Assembly: GCA_963790025.1 (NCBI GenBank)
Contig: CAWBMP010000004.1
Coordinates: 1,504,001 to 1,568,000, forward strand
Length of the DNA stretch: 64,000 nucleotides
Direction of reading: 5' to 3'
Origin: Nitrospirota bacterium
GTDB taxonomy: Bacteria > Nitrospirota > Thermodesulfovibrionia > Thermodesulfovibrionales > Dissulfurispiraceae
Part shown: positions 28,407-42,096 of the stretch, one piece after another
Layout: every line of letters starts with the position of its first letter
Position numbering within the stretch: the stretch's first letter is position 1
The notes under the pieces: model-generated
Seen by the model: only the letters and a program-made list of their open reading frames with translations
Databases searched by the model: none
What the model was told of the DNA's origin: nothing
Translations under genes and position numbers: made by a program

Positions 28407-30599
28407 TCATTCCCGGCGCTTACGCAGAAGCAGTGCCCTTGACAGGCGTGCCTCTTCATAACTTACCGTACCGGTAAAATGATCCACAACTGCATTAAGG
28501 CCCCATGAGTTGCGGGACAGCAGGAATTTCTCGATCATAAGCCGCTTAGAAGGATTCACGACACAGTCTATATCGATATCGCGGCCTTCCATAATAAGCT
28601 GCTCCATGTGGGCCGCTATAGTCGAAGGTGCGAGATTGCGTATTTTGGAAATGTCGTCAAGAGACATCCCTTTCCTGAAAAACATGTAGGTCTCATCTAT
28701 CGATTCCCCCTTTTTCTTCTTATGCTGAAGTGCTGAGCCGCCAGAACCATCTGCATCCGGCAGGAGAATAGATATGCCGGGGTTTTCGTCGATATATCGA
28801 CTGATCTCGCTGATAAAATCCTCACCATAACGTTCCAGCTTCATATCGCCGACACCGCCGATCTTTCGCATATCGGACGTAGTAGAAGGAAAGCTCTTGC
28901 ACATCTCCTGCAGTGTCTTATCGGAAAATATTATATACGGCGGGACCTTCTGCACGTCAGCCAGCCTCTTCCTGACACTGCGAAGCCTTTCGAAGAGTGC
29001 TTCGTCATATTCCCCGGAATCTCCTCTCTTTTCCCGCCGGGTCTTAGACTTTGCCTCTTGCTTTCTCAAAGCAGTGATAGTTTCTTTGCTGAAGAGGATA
29101 TCGAAACCTTTTTTTGAAATCTTCAGTACAGGGTAGGGATCGCCTTCGGGCATCACCGCCTCTTGTGCAATGAGTTCATCAATAACAGAACGCCAGTAAG
29201 TTTTTTCCTTCCCTTTGCCCGCGCCATAAGTCTTGATTTCGTTATGCCCGAGTTGCCGGACACGCTTCGTGTCAGCACCGGTCACGATATCGACGATATG
29301 GCCTGCACCAAACCGCTGCCCTGTCCTCGAGATGGCCGACATCACAATCTGCGCCTCAACACTTATGTCTACCTCTTCGACTGACCCTGAACAGATATCG
29401 CAGGCAGAGCAATTATCAACAGGATAGTCCTCCCCAAAAAATGCGAGGAGTTGCTTTCTTCTGCATACGTTGTGCGATGCATATCCCACCATCTTGTTCA
29501 GCTTCCCTATCGCTATAAATCGCTCCCCGTCATCGTTTATCCTGTCGATGAAATAACGGATTTTAGGTACATCACCCCTGCCGAAGAAAAGCAGACAGCG
29601 CGCCGCGCTTCCGTCCCTTCCGGCCCGTCCCGTCTCCTGGTAATAGCCTTCGATATTTTTTGGGAGGTCGGCATGGACCACAAAACGCACATTGGATTTG
29701 TCTATGCCCATGCCGAAGGCGATGGTAGCGACTATAACCTGGACCTCATCCCTGTTGAAGGCCTCCTGGTTCTTTTTGCGTTCGTCAGAGGACAGGCCTG
29801 CATGGTAAGGCAGGGCGGCGATTCCCTTTGATTTCAGAAGATCTGCTGTCTCCATGACCGAATCGCGTGTTGTCCTGTAGATGATGCCGGATTCCCCCGG
29901 ATGGTCCCTGAGAAACTCGATTAGCTGCAATCCCACCTTGGTTTTTAACTTTACCTCATAGAAGAGGTTCGGACGGTTAAAGGATGCACGAACAACATGA
30001 GGACTTCTGAGACCGATTTTATTGATTATATCATCCTGCACCTTTTGGGTCGCGGTAGCGGTAAAAGCAGCAACCGGCACATCATGAAACATCTCCGGGA
30101 TGAGAGAAAGACCGAGATAGTCCGGACGGAAATCATGGCCCCACTCGGATATGCAATGGGCCTCGTCTATGGCAAAAAAAGAGACCGTGAAAGTCTTCAG
30201 CCTCTCAAGGAAGTGGCGCATGGCAAATCTCTCGGGGGCGATATAGAGCAGCTTCAGCTTATTGTATTGTAACCGGCGATAGACATCGGCAACCTCGTCG
30301 GCAGTCATCGAGCTATTCATGAAAGCAGCGGATATCCCGCTGTCAACCGCCGCATCAACCTGGTCTTTCATCAAAGAAATAAGCGGGCTGATAACGACCG
30401 CGGTACCCGGCATCATAGTTGCCGGCAACTGGTAGCACAACGATTTTCCGCCGCCTGTAGGCATTACCGCAAATACATCTATGCCGTTGAGAATATTTCT
30501 GATAATGGCTTCCTGGTTCGGACGAAACGCCTGAAAGCCGAAAACGGTCTTCAGATTATCGAATATCCGGGATTCATGGTGTCTGCTGCTAACAGGCAT
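28407..30599 (-). CDS. recQ: ATP-dependent DNA helicase RecQ (RQC, HRDC, C-terminal HTH)
   Basis: MPTGGGKSLCYQLP, DEAHCISEWGHDFRP, YYQETGRAGRDG, CRR..LL, PPYIIFSD. Confidence 0.96.
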   Translation of the reverse strand: MPVSSRHHESRIFDNLKTVFGFQAFRPNQEAIIRNILNGIDVFAVMPTGGGKSLCYQLPATMMPGTAVVISPLISLMKDQVDAAVDSGISAAFMNSSMTADEVADVYRRLQYNKLKLLYIAPERFAMRHFLERLKTFTVSFFAIDEAHCISEWGHDFRPDYLGLSLIPEMFHDVPVAAFTATATQKVQDDIINKIGLRSPHVVRASFNRPNLFYEVKLKTKVGLQLIEFLRDHPGESGIIYRTTRDSVMETADLLKSKGIAALPYHAGLSSDERKKNQEAFNRDEVQVIVATIAFGMGIDKSNVRFVVHADLPKNIEGYYQETGRAGRDGSAARCLLFFGRGDVPKIRYFIDRINDDGERFIAIGKLNKMVGYASHNVCRRKQLLAFFGEDYPVDNCSACDICSGSVEEVDISVEAQIVMSAISRTGQRFGAGHIVDIVTGADTKRVRQLGHNEIKTYGAGKGKEKTYWRSVIDELIAQEAVMPEGDPYPVLKISKKGFDILFSKETITALRKQEAKSKTRREKRGDSGEYDEALFERLRSVRKRLADVQKVPPYIIFSDKTLQEMCKSFPSTTSDMRKIGGVGDMKLERYGEDFISEISRYIDENPGISILLPDADGSGGSALQHKKKKGESIDETYMFFRKGMSLDDISKIRNLAPSTIAAHMEQLIMEGRDIDIDCVVNPSKRLMIEKFLLSRNSWGLNAVVDHFTGTVSYEEARLSRALLLRKRRE

Positions 30600-30616
30600 A
30601 TGCTGCTATTGTAACA

Positions 30617-32359
30617 TTAACTATTATTCTTTGATTTCCGGGGTTTTCGGTCAAGGGGGAAGTAGAGAGTAAAGGCAGTGCCTGTGCCGACTGTGCTTTC
30701 CACCGTGATAAAGCCCTCATGGTCTTCCATTATCTTCTTGCAGATGGACAGCCCCAGCCCCACTCCTCTGGTGGATATTTTTGTTGTGTAAAAAGGCTCA
30801 AAAATTTTATCTGCTTTTTCGGGCGGGATGCCTTCGCCGGTGTCACTGATTTTAACCGTTACGTAAGGTATTCCATCAACCGTCTTTTGGGCCGTGGCGA
30901 CTTTCAGCGTTCCTTTATCAGCCATCGCGTCAAGGGCATTAGACACAAGGTTGACTATAACCTCACGCACGCGGTTCTTGTCGACAGCGATCTCCGAGGT
31001 GTAATCGTAAGACTTCTGAATCGTTATCGAGCGCTCGAGGCAAGATGGTGCATATACCTTTACTACTTCATCGACGATTTCGTGAATATAATGGCGCTCC
31101 AGCTCCAAAGCCGCCTCCCTGGCAAAATTGAGAATACTCTTCAGAACCACCTCCAGCTGGCCCACCTCTGAAACTATGAACTCTACGTACTCTCTTTTCA
31201 TAGCTTCATCCGCCGCCATTTTCTGCAATCTCCGCGCGAATCCTCCGACAACTGTAAGCGGATTCCGGATCTCGTGCGCAATATTTGCGGTAATTCTGCC
31301 AAGCGCTGCAAGCTTTTCCGATTGGGCAAGTTGTTCGAGAAGTTTATGTTTTTCCGCCTCGATCCGGTAACGCTGAATTACAAAGGCAAGTGTTTTGGAA
31401 ACGGCACTGAGGAATGCCTTTCCCTGTGGGTCCTCTCTGTGCCCTTTCTTGGCAAATACGTTTATTAGTCCGAATGCTTTTTCGCCGTCGGAAATAGGTA
31501 TGCAGTAACCGACATGGGGGCCGTCGGCCTCGAGAATCTCACGCGGCGTATTGATGCACTCGGTGAATGCGATCTCACAGTTCTCGGCTGCTCCGGTATC
31601 CGGTTTGTGACCCATAGGCAACTCGGCACAAGTGTCGGCCTGGATATCGGAAAGGCCGCGCTGGGCCTTAAGGACAAGTGATTCGGAAGTCTCATCGACA
31701 AGATAAATCGAGCCGATGGACTGGAGTGCAAGCTGTGAAATAGAGAGGATCAGGTCCAGGCCATGGGCAAGCTGCTCATCGAGGGAGGTTGGCTCATGCG
31801 CGATTTTAAGAAGGGTGTTGATTGCCCTCTGTATCTGGTAGTCGAATTCTATCTGATCCTCTGCCTTCACACGCTCGGTAATGTCCCTGACAGCTGCTGT
31901 AACGAATGTCTCCCCATCGCTTTTTAGCGGGCTCAGGCTTATATCGGCACTGAACTCAGTGCCATCATTCTTTCGCCCGTAAATTTTAATGCCGGAACCC
32001 ATCGGGCGCATCCCCGGTTCGGCAAAATAACGTAAAAATTTATCTTTGTGCCTGCTACGAAACTGCTCCGGGATGAGCATATGCAGGTCACCGCCCATCA
32101 ACTCCCCCTGTGAGTAGCCGAAGAGCTTTTCCGCCTGTGAATTAGCCAGGACAATCCGGCCGCCCCTCTCGACAAAAATCATGGCATCGGGAGCAGCTTC
32201 GAGGAGGTCTCCATAGCGTTTCCGGAGTTTCCCGATTTGTTCCCTGCCCTCTCCCATATACGCCTCATTACCGAGGACCTTTCCGGAACCGGAAACGGGT
32301 GGGTTATCAGCTATTTTTGAATCACTTTTCATGACCGTATTACATGCTCCCAATCTCAT
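30617..32359 (-). CDS. PAS/GAF sensor histidine kinase (NtrB-like); start may be further downstream
   Basis: PAS (LLEAAPDAM..RPMG), GAF, AHEIRNPL, NLVSNA, DTGEGI, IFEPFYTTK, GLGL. Confidence 0.92.
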   Translation of the reverse strand: MRLGACNTVMKSDSKIADNPPVSGSGKVLGNEAYMGEGREQIGKLRKRYGDLLEAAPDAMIFVERGGRIVLANSQAEKLFGYSQGELMGGDLHMLIPEQFRSRHKDKFLRYFAEPGMRPMGSGIKIYGRKNDGTEFSADISLSPLKSDGETFVTAAVRDITERVKAEDQIEFDYQIQRAINTLLKIAHEPTSLDEQLAHGLDLILSISQLALQSIGSIYLVDETSESLVLKAQRGLSDIQADTCAELPMGHKPDTGAAENCEIAFTECINTPREILEADGPHVGYCIPISDGEKAFGLINVFAKKGHREDPQGKAFLSAVSKTLAFVIQRYRIEAEKHKLLEQLAQSEKLAALGRITANIAHEIRNPLTVVGGFARRLQKMAADEAMKREYVEFIVSEVGQLEVVLKSILNFAREAALELERHYIHEIVDEVVKVYAPSCLERSITIQKSYDYTSEIAVDKNRVREVIVNLVSNALDAMADKGTLKVATAQKTVDGIPYVTVKISDTGEGIPPEKADKIFEPFYTTKISTRGVGLGLSICKKIMEDHEGFITVESTVGTGTAFTLYFPLDRKPRKSKNNS

Positions 32360-32387
32360 GTTACCACATTAACTCTGCAGATTCCAC

Positions 32388-32912
32388 TCAAGGGCGCCGT
32401 CGCTTCTCGATAAGATCAAAATTACCTTCATATTTGCTGCAGAGACCCTCAAGGAATGCTTGCAGCTCAGCCGGTTGAAGCAGTGTCTCCGGTGCAACGT
32501 CCTGCAAGGTACAAGCCTTGATTATTTTTTTCACAAGGTTGATAACGCCGTAATTGATCACCTCTTCGGCAAACGATTCCGGAGCGTTTTCCATCAGCAG
32601 ACGCTCTGAATACCACCCCCCGCTTGTAGGTGCAATGCCTGCACAATTTCCGGGGTCGGGCTTTATTTTCACTCCCTGTGCCAGCGCCATGTCCCTGACA
32701 GCAATGTTAACCAACTGCAGCCCGCGCATTGCGGGATTTGAATCCAGGCCGTGCCTGCCCTTTGTAATGGGAATAAAACGGAACATATCGGCCCCTGAAC
32801 AATAAATATAAGCACCCCTTGCTCCGCTTTGAACGGGTTTTATTACAAAGAATAAAAATTCATTGATATATTCATATGATTTCTTGTCTGCCCCCGCCTT
32901 TGGTCCGCTCAT
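32388..32912 (-). CDS. Hypothetical protein
   Basis: 174-aa ORF with purine-rich RBS, filling the space between neighbours; no family recognised. Confidence 0.6.
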   Translation of the reverse strand: MSGPKAGADKKSYEYINEFLFFVIKPVQSGARGAYIYCSGADMFRFIPITKGRHGLDSNPAMRGLQLVNIAVRDMALAQGVKIKPDPGNCAGIAPTSGGWYSERLLMENAPESFAEEVINYGVINLVKKIIKACTLQDVAPETLLQPAELQAFLEGLCSKYEGNFDLIEKRRRP

Positions 32913-33101
32913 TTCTTTCCCCCCCCAATTTTATTTACTTCTTCATTCTATTATAATCAAAGTCTGCTTGCAGGAAATTAATTGGTTGGAAGGTTTAAAA
33001 ATTTAATGAAATATGCTATAGTTTGTTAAATCAAATTGACATAACATCTGGTCAAAGCCTTTTTTTCATTCGATCAACACACCACGCAGCCGGGAGGAAA
33101 A

Positions 33102-33899
33102 ATGAGAAGGTTATTTATTTTAATATCTTTACTGCTTTCTTTGTCTTTGCCTGCGTATGCTTTTGCCGGTGCAGGACTTGAGGTGATTAAAGATAAGGCC
33201 CCTACCGGCAAGTTGTATGCACGCGCGCTGCAATTTTTTACTGAGAAAATGCCTGAGGCATTTGAAAAGCAACTCAGCGAGTCACAAAAATATATTGACG
33301 TTATAACCGCTATTTTCAGCGAGGAAGATATACCGATCGATCTGGCCTATCTCCCGCTTATCGAGAGCGGGTTTTCTCCTTTGTCCGTTGGCAGGGGTGG
33401 AGCGGTCGGTCTATGGCAAATGGTAAAGGGGACGGCAAAAAGGTATGGCTTACGTATAGACCGTTATGTAGATGAGCGGAAGGATCCGGAAAAATCGACC
33501 TATGCAGCTGCGAGCTACTTTAGGGATTTATATCATATGTTCGGCGCATGGGACATTGCGCTCGCTGCTTATAATGCCGGAGATGGAAGGATCAGGCGCC
33601 TGCTCAGAACAGATAACGGGGCACGTCTTCCCGGTGCAGTAAACCGATACCTGGCCAAATTCATGGCGGCCTCTGATGTGGCCCAGGATCCCGAAAGCTA
33701 CGGGCTGACTCCATCTGCTCAGAGGACGGGCAATGAGCCCGAATACATGGAAATAGTAACGGATAAATCAACCAGTCTGAGCACAATTGCCGCGATGTTT
33801 GATACTACAGTCCGCATAATAAGAGAACTTAACCCGGCATTACTCACGAACGCCACGCCACCGTATGAGTATATAATCCGCCTGCCAAGCACGGAATGA
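33102..33899 (+). CDS. Lytic murein transglycosylase (MltD-like SLT domain plus LysM-like tail)
   Basis: LPLIESGF, AVGLWQ, DER.DP..ST.AAA.Y, LAAYNAG, ELNP. Confidence 0.88.
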   Translation: MRRLFILISLLLSLSLPAYAFAGAGLEVIKDKAPTGKLYARALQFFTEKMPEAFEKQLSESQKYIDVITAIFSEEDIPIDLAYLPLIESGFSPLSVGRGGAVGLWQMVKGTAKRYGLRIDRYVDERKDPEKSTYAAASYFRDLYHMFGAWDIALAAYNAGDGRIRRLLRTDNGARLPGAVNRYLAKFMAASDVAQDPESYGLTPSAQRTGNEPEYMEIVTDKSTSLSTIAAMFDTTVRIIRELNPALLTNATPPYEYIIRLPSTE

Positions 33900-33909
33900 A
33901 AAAGAAAGG

Positions 33910-33989
33910 TAAAAAGTAAAAAGTGAGAAGTTAAAAGTAAGGGCAACGGATAAAATTTTTTCTTTTATTCCTTTACTTTTTACTTTTTA
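33910..33989. repeat. Inverted heptamer repeats between convergent genes (possible bidirectional terminator)
   Basis: TAAAAAGTAAAAAGT (33910-33924) complementary to 33975-33989. Confidence 0.45.
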
Positions 33990-34803
33990 TTGGCCCTTGG
34001 AGATTATGGACGAACTCGGCACCGACGAGAAATATGCAAGATGAATAGTATGCCCATAATAAAAATATCACAAAGGCTGAGAGCGGGCCGTAAATGGTCC
34101 CGAAGTGCGCTACCTTCATCACGTAAAAAGTAAAAAGGTGTTTTGCAGATTCCATCATGATGGCGGTGAAAACTGCGCCGGCAAGTGCGTTTCGGAGCTG
34201 CACCTTCCTGAAGGGAAGAAACTTATACATAATAGCCACGATCAAAAACACGAGAATAAGCGGGACCATATATCCAATAAAGAAGCCTGTGATTTTACCT
34301 ACCCTTATGTCCGGGAAAATTTCTTTCACTACATTAAGGATTGAGATAGCCGATGTTGCTCCAAACGATAGAATAATAGCGATGATAATGAGAGTGACAA
34401 TAAATAAGGAGCGTACCAGTGACACGTGCAAAGGCCTGCTCACCCGTATTTTGAAAACCGTGTTGACCGCTGTTTCGAGTGCAGAGAAAAGCTGGTATGA
34501 CAGGACCCCGTAAAGTATCAATGTGAACGTCCCCAGGCCGCGGTATGAAATTAACTTTTTCAGTTCTTCGGTTATTTTATAGGTTATACTCGGGAAGAAC
34601 CCCGTCAGTTTGGCCGAGAAAAACTTGAGGAATACCTCGTTGTGTCCCAGAAAATAACTGAAGATTGCAACAAGGAGAAGACAAAACGGGACAAGCGCCA
34701 TCATAAAAAAATATGACAGCGCGCCGGCAAGCATGAGCCCGCCGTCTTTAAAAAAATCAACAAAACCCTTTAACAGTGATTTCAGATATCTTACAAAATT
34801 CAT
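33973..34803 (-). CDS. YihY / virulence factor BrkB family membrane protein
   Basis: AGALSYFF..ALVP, YGPLSA.VIFLLW.YYS..IFL.GAE. Confidence 0.9.
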   Translation of the reverse strand: MNFVRYLKSLLKGFVDFFKDGGLMLAGALSYFFMMALVPFCLLLVAIFSYFLGHNEVFLKFFSAKLTGFFPSITYKITEELKKLISYRGLGTFTLILYGVLSYQLFSALETAVNTVFKIRVSRPLHVSLVRSLFIVTLIIIAIILSFGATSAISILNVVKEIFPDIRVGKITGFFIGYMVPLILVFLIVAIMYKFLPFRKVQLRNALAGAVFTAIMMESAKHLFTFYVMKVAHFGTIYGPLSAFVIFLLWAYYSSCIFLVGAEFVHNLQGPIKSKK

Positions 34804-34897
34804 TCGTTACGCCGCCTAATGGTGTTCTATAGTCTACCATTATTACAAGCCGAATTCTTGACTTTTAAGAGTATAAAAGTTTAATGTTTAAGACTAT

Positions 34898-34973
34898 GGG
34901 CAGTTAGCTCAGTCGGTAGAGCAGGGGCCTGAAAAGCCCCGTGTCGGGAGTTCGATTCTCTCACTGCCCACCA
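34898..34973 (+). tRNA. tRNA-Phe (GAA)
   Basis: GGGCAGT/ACTGCCC acceptor stem, GGGGC-CTGAAAA-GCCCC anticodon arm, TTCGATT loop, encoded CCA. Confidence 0.96.
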
Positions 34974-35096
34974 GTTTTTATTTACTGACCCGCTACCCGC
35001 ATTTTTTAGTAGACATCTCCTTATTAATCGTATAGTATATAACTAATTTTCATCTTAATTGAAAGCTGGGCAGTTTAAAAAATGTACTTAAATTTA

Positions 35097-35126
35097 TTGA
35101 CAAGAAGGGGTTTTTTCATGTATGAT
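35097..35126 (+). promoter_or_regulatory. Sigma70-like promoter of speD
   Basis: TTGACA-18 bp-TATGAT. Confidence 0.55.
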
Positions 35127-35180
35127 TTATAGCTTGAGGAGCGGTTTGCTTCCTCGATTCTAAATCAAAGGGGGAGAGGA

Positions 35181-35585
35181 TTGAATGCTTTAGGTACCCA
35201 TCTTTTGGTGGAATTGAGAGACTGTAACCCTGAGATCCTGAAGGATCTGGAGCAGGTAAAAGGTGCTTTGGTTTCTGCTGCAAAGGAAGCGAAAGCAACT
35301 ATCATCGATGTATCTTTCCATGAGTTCAACCCGTTTGGCATCAGCGGCATGGTAGTGATAGCCGAATCTCATCTGTCCATACATACCTGGCCTGAATATG
35401 AATATGCAGCACTTGATATCTTCACCTGCGGCGACATTATCAAGCCTGAAGTTGCAGCGCATTACCTGATCGAACGCTTTGAAAGCAATAACGCTTCCAT
35501 TGTCGAAGTAAAGCGCGGCATCTTATCTCACACCAACGAGAAGCTTCCTCATAAGGTGTGCGATGTTGAACTCCAGATGGCCTAA
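35181..35585 (+). CDS. speD: S-adenosylmethionine decarboxylase proenzyme
   Basis: LGTHLLVEL, F.P.GISG.VVIAESHLSIHTWPE, DIFTCG; TTG start after GGAGAGG. Confidence 0.93.
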   Translation: MNALGTHLLVELRDCNPEILKDLEQVKGALVSAAKEAKATIIDVSFHEFNPFGISGMVVIAESHLSIHTWPEYEYAALDIFTCGDIIKPEVAAHYLIERFESNNASIVEVKRGILSHTNEKLPHKVCDVELQMA

Positions 35586-35588
35586 AAA

Positions 35589-35639
35589 GTTGGAGGTTAG
35601 AGGACTGAGGCATGAGGCATCAAACCTCTAACTTCCAAC
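35589..35639. terminator. Hairpin between convergent speD and pgk
   Basis: GTTGGAGGTTAGAGG / CCTCTAACTTCCAAC (one G-U pair). Confidence 0.5.
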
Positions 35640-35648
35640 CTCAAACCT

Positions 35649-36881
35649 TCAGCTTTTCTTATCAGTCAGTGCCGAAATCCCAGGCAGGTTTTTGCCTTCC
35701 AGAAGCTGGAGTGAAGCGCCGCCGCCTGTTGAAATAAACGTGATGGAGTCGCTGACGCCAGCCTTATGCACAGCGTAACCAGTGTCCCCGCCGCCTACAA
35801 TACTCAATGCGTAGGCATCGGTCACCGCGTTCGCAATTGCAAATGTTCCCCTGGAAAATGCATCAATCTCAAAAACCCCCATCGGACCGTTCCAGATTAC
35901 TGTTTTGGCATTCTGAAGCGCCTCCGAAAAGAGCTTCACCGATGCGGGCCCGATATCAAGGGCGCGCCATCCTACTGGTATTTCCTGAGTAGTAACAATT
36001 TTTGTTTCAGCGCCGGCCTCTATCGTCTGTGCTATTACGCAGTCAACAGGCAAATAAAACTTAACATTGCTGCTCCTCAACTTTTCCATAATGGTTTTGG
36101 CAAGATCGAACATCTCGGTCTCGACGAGTGAGTCGCCGATCTCGTAACCCATCGCCTTGATAAACGTATACGCCATGCCGCCGCCGATAATGACTTTGTC
36201 GACCTTGTTGGCAAGGTTTTCGAGCACGCCTATCTTTCCAGACACCTTTGCTCCTCCGAGGAGCGCAACAAACGGCCTCACCGGGTTCTCTACAACTCCT
36301 TTAAGATATTCTATCTCCTTTTTCATGAGGAACCCCGCTGCGGAAGGGAGGAACTTCGTAATCCCTTCGGTGGAAGCATGCGAGCGGTGAGCGGTCCCAA
36401 ATGCATCGTTCACGAAGAAATCGGCGAGCTTTGCCAGGCTTTTTGCAAAGGCTTCGTCATTTTTTTCTTCTTCAGGGTGGAAACGAAGATTTTCAAGGAG
36501 AAGAACATCGCCCTCTTTCATTTTTGAGACAATATTTTCAGTCTGTGGACCTATACAATCCGGAACAAAAACCACTTCCTTATTCAACAATCTTTGCAAC
36601 CGCTTTACCACAGGAGCAAGACTGAAACGCGGCTCTACCTTTCCTTTCGGCCTGCCCAGATGCGATGCAAGAATGACCTTCGCCCCTTCATCTATCGCAT
36701 AATTGATAGTGGGAAGCGTGGAGCGTATCCTGCTGTCATCCGTAATGACCAGATTGTCATCAAGGGGCACATTAAAATCAGCCCTTATGAAAACCTTTTT
36801 CCCCTTTATCTGAAGGTCCTCAATGGTAAGCTTGCCGAGTATATCTTTAATACCGACAGCTATCTCATTTCTCTTCGCCAT
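35649..36881 (-). CDS. pgk: Phosphoglycerate kinase
   Basis: [51 protein letters not shown]. Confidence 0.98.
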   Translation of the reverse strand: MAKRNEIAVGIKDILGKLTIEDLQIKGKKVFIRADFNVPLDDNLVITDDSRIRSTLPTINYAIDEGAKVILASHLGRPKGKVEPRFSLAPVVKRLQRLLNKEVVFVPDCIGPQTENIVSKMKEGDVLLLENLRFHPEEEKNDEAFAKSLAKLADFFVNDAFGTAHRSHASTEGITKFLPSAAGFLMKKEIEYLKGVVENPVRPFVALLGGAKVSGKIGVLENLANKVDKVIIGGGMAYTFIKAMGYEIGDSLVETEMFDLAKTIMEKLRSSNVKFYLPVDCVIAQTIEAGAETKIVTTQEIPVGWRALDIGPASVKLFSEALQNAKTVIWNGPMGVFEIDAFSRGTFAIANAVTDAYALSIVGGGDTGYAVHKAGVSDSITFISTGGGASLQLLEGKNLPGISALTDKKS

Positions 36882-36883
36882 AA

Positions 36884-39159
<2,276 letters not shown>

Positions 39160-39274
39160 TTTCCGTTGTTTTTTGGTAATTATTTGTTTTATTTAAAAAA
39201 ACTCTGTTAAGTTTTATATTTTAGCATTTCAGCAAAGCAAATTCAAATAAAACAACAGAAAAGGGAGTATAGGC

Positions 39275-39727
39275 TCATACATCTCTAAAGGGTTGCTGTG
39301 CCCCAACGATATATGTGTCAAGTGCCTGTATTGTAATTAGCAGTTCAGAAATCATTTCCTTAACCACATCGCCGATAGTTATGATAGCTGCCAGGCGGTC
39401 ATTGTCAAAGACAGGCAAATGACGGATATGTTTGGAAGTCATCAACGCCATACATTCGGCAAGGGTATTTTCCGGTTTGATATAGTAGACCGATTGAACC
39501 ATCAGTTCACTTACAGGAGTGTCCTTGGAAGCCTTTCCCTTCAGGATAACTTTTCTCGCATAATCACGTTCTGAAAAGATTCCGACAAGTTTTTCATTTT
39601 CAACAACTAACAAGGCGCCGATATCCTTCTCAGCCATTAATTCGAGGGCCTCATATGCAGTCGTCGGGGGAGAAACTGACCAGATTGTGCCGCTATGGTC
39701 TTTCAACATATCTTTGACCGTTTTCAT
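39275..39727 (-). CDS. CBS-domain pair protein
   Basis: IGALLV, GIFSERDYARKV, IRHLPV, IGDVVK. Confidence 0.92.
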   Translation of the reverse strand: MKTVKDMLKDHSGTIWSVSPPTTAYEALELMAEKDIGALLVVENEKLVGIFSERDYARKVILKGKASKDTPVSELMVQSVYYIKPENTLAECMALMTSKHIRHLPVFDNDRLAAIITIGDVVKEMISELLITIQALDTYIVGAQQPFRDV

Positions 39728-39854
39728 AACGCGCTTCCTCCTTCATCATAGAGATTGTAAGTATATAATACACGAAAAAAGCCGGATTTTCTCTATTCTG
39801 AAATAACATAGTGCCGGGGACACGTCGTAAATATAATATTGAAAACAAGAATCC

Positions 39855-40325
39855 TTAGCGCTTCCCGCCGTCTTTAAGGTCAAATAATGTTTTTACCTCT
39901 TCCATCAGATCGCTAATATCTTTAAACTGGCGGTAGACAGAGGCAAACCTGACGTAGGCAACTTTATCCAGATCCTTGAGCGAGGACATAATCTCCTCTC
40001 CTATCCAGGAACTGTTTATCTCTTTCACGCCAAGGCCTATAAGTTTTTTCTCGATATATTTCTCGGTATCTTCAAGTGTTGTAATAGGTATCGGCCGCTT
40101 TTCGCAGGCCTTCTTCAAACCAGTTATGATTTTGTGGCTGTCAAAAAATTCCCTGCTGCCGTCCTTTTTAATAACCATGGGGAGGGGGTCTTCAACGCGC
40201 TCATAGGAGGTAAACCGCTGCGAGCATTTAAGGCATTCCCTTCTCCTCCTGATGACCTCTCCATCCTTGCTGGCCCTGGAATCGATTACTTTGTCCTCAA
40301 TGCTGCCGCAGAAGGGGCATTTCAT
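39855..40325 (-). CDS. nrdR: Transcriptional repressor NrdR
   Basis: MKCPFC, RRRRECLKC..RFT.YE, ATP cone, VAYVRFASVY. Confidence 0.97.
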   Translation of the reverse strand: MKCPFCGSIEDKVIDSRASKDGEVIRRRRECLKCSQRFTSYERVEDPLPMVIKKDGSREFFDSHKIITGLKKACEKRPIPITTLEDTEKYIEKKLIGLGVKEINSSWIGEEIMSSLKDLDKVAYVRFASVYRQFKDISDLMEEVKTLFDLKDGGKR

Positions 40326-40334
40326 ACCACGCCG

Positions 40335-41576
40335 TCATCCATATATTGGAAATTTGTCACAAAGGGTCTTAACTCTTTTTTTCATGGCATCGTCAGTCGC
40401 TGGGTCTTTTATGTTCTTTACGACTCCGGCTATGATGTCGGCTATCTCATCCATCTCGGCTAAGCCCATTCCCCTCGTAGTTACGCAGGGCGTACCCAAT
40501 CTGATCCCGCTCGTAACCGAAGGGGGCTTGCTATCGTAGGGGATGGCATTCTTATTCACTGTAATTCCCGCCCTGTCCAGGGCTTCTTCAGCCTCTTTTC
40601 CTGTAATGCCGGTTTCGCTCAGATCAACCAGCATAAGGTGGTTGTCGGTCCCGCCGGATATTATTTTAAAGCCATGTTTCATTAGCCCTCCGGCAAGGCG
40701 GCCGGCGTTTTTAACGACCATCTTCTGGTAATCCTTAAACTCGCTTGTCAGCGCCTCTTTAAGGGCCACCGCCTTTGCAGCCATTACGTGGACCAGCGGG
40801 CCGCCCTGTATGCCCGGAAAAATCATTTTATCGACGGCCTTCGCATGCTCCGCCTTGCACATGATCATCCCTCCTCTGGGACCCCTAAGCGTTTTATGTG
40901 TAGTGGTAGTTACAAAATCCGCATACGGCACAGGAGAAGGGTGCTCACCTGCTGCTATAAGTCCCGCTATATGGGCGATATCTGCAAGGAGATAAGCGCC
41001 TGTTGTTTTCGCTATCTCAGAGAATTGTTTAAAATCGATGATACGGGAGTAGGCGCTCGCTCCTACAATAATCATTTTAGGCTTGTGTTCCAGTGCCAGG
41101 GTTTTCACCTCTTCCATATCAATGCATCCGGTTGCCCTGTTCACACCGTAAGAGCGGACTTTATAGATCATCCCTGTAAAATTGACCTTTGATCCGTGCG
41201 ACAGGTGTCCGCCGTGGTCCAGCCTCATACCAAGAATGGTATCACCCGGTTTCAGGACTGAAAAATATACTGCCATATTTGCCTGACTCCCTGAATGGGG
41301 CTGGACATTTATATGATCGGCTTTGAAAAGCAGTTTCGCCCTATCAATGGCCAGTCTTTCAATTATGTCAATATATTCGCAGCCTCCATAGTACCTCTTA
41401 TCGGGATATCCCTCGGCATACTTGTTGGTAAGAACAGAGCCCTGAGCTTCGAGCACCGATCTGCTTGCATAGTTTTCGGAGGCGATCAGGAGTATCTTGC
41501 TCTGTTCCCTCTGTGTTTCCCTTAAAATTGCATCGAAGATTTCAGGATCATTCTTTTTTAGTTGCTCGCAATTCAT
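40335..41576 (-). CDS. glyA: Serine hydroxymethyltransferase
   Basis: [40 protein letters not shown]. Confidence 0.98.
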   Translation of the reverse strand: MNCEQLKKNDPEIFDAILRETQREQSKILLIASENYASRSVLEAQGSVLTNKYAEGYPDKRYYGGCEYIDIIERLAIDRAKLLFKADHINVQPHSGSQANMAVYFSVLKPGDTILGMRLDHGGHLSHGSKVNFTGMIYKVRSYGVNRATGCIDMEEVKTLALEHKPKMIIVGASAYSRIIDFKQFSEIAKTTGAYLLADIAHIAGLIAAGEHPSPVPYADFVTTTTHKTLRGPRGGMIMCKAEHAKAVDKMIFPGIQGGPLVHVMAAKAVALKEALTSEFKDYQKMVVKNAGRLAGGLMKHGFKIISGGTDNHLMLVDLSETGITGKEAEEALDRAGITVNKNAIPYDSKPPSVTSGIRLGTPCVTTRGMGLAEMDEIADIIAGVVKNIKDPATDDAMKKRVKTLCDKFPIYG

Positions 41577-41607
41577 CGCCAGACCCCCAATTCGATCCCC
41601 GGAAATT

Positions 41608-42078
41608 TCATGCTTCCTGAGAATCCCCTTTCGTTGTTATTTTTTTCTCAATGAGTTCAATTTTCTTCAGCCTGTTTTCGTGTCTCCCCCCCTCGAAGGG
41701 AGTAATCAACCATGTTTTCACTATTTCTTTAGCGAGGTCTTTGCCTATTATTCTGCCTCCGAGGATAAGGATGTTCGAGTCGTTGTGGAGCCTGCTCATT
41801 CTTGCAGAAAAAAGCTCCCCGCAAAGAGCTGCACGGACATGGCGAAATTTATTTGCAACAATAGACATGCCGATTCCTGTACCACAGATAAGAATCCCGC
41901 GTTCGGCCCTTCCCTGGGACACAGCATCGGATACCTTCTCTCCAAAATCAGGATAATCTACCGACTGCGGGGTATCGGTCCCAAAATCTTGATACTCATG
42001 CCCCATATCTTCAAGAACCCTGGTTACTTCATTTTTCATTTCCAGCCCGGCATGATCGGAACCAATCGCGATACGCAT
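41608..42078 (-). CDS. rpiB: Ribose-5-phosphate isomerase B
   Basis: [29 protein letters not shown] at 42078 after GGAGG. Confidence 0.96.
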   Translation of the reverse strand: MRIAIGSDHAGLEMKNEVTRVLEDMGHEYQDFGTDTPQSVDYPDFGEKVSDAVSQGRAERGILICGTGIGMSIVANKFRHVRAALCGELFSARMSRLHNDSNILILGGRIIGKDLAKEIVKTWLITPFEGGRHENRLKKIELIEKKITTKGDSQEA

Positions 42079-42096
42079 CTGCCCTCCAATGGCATA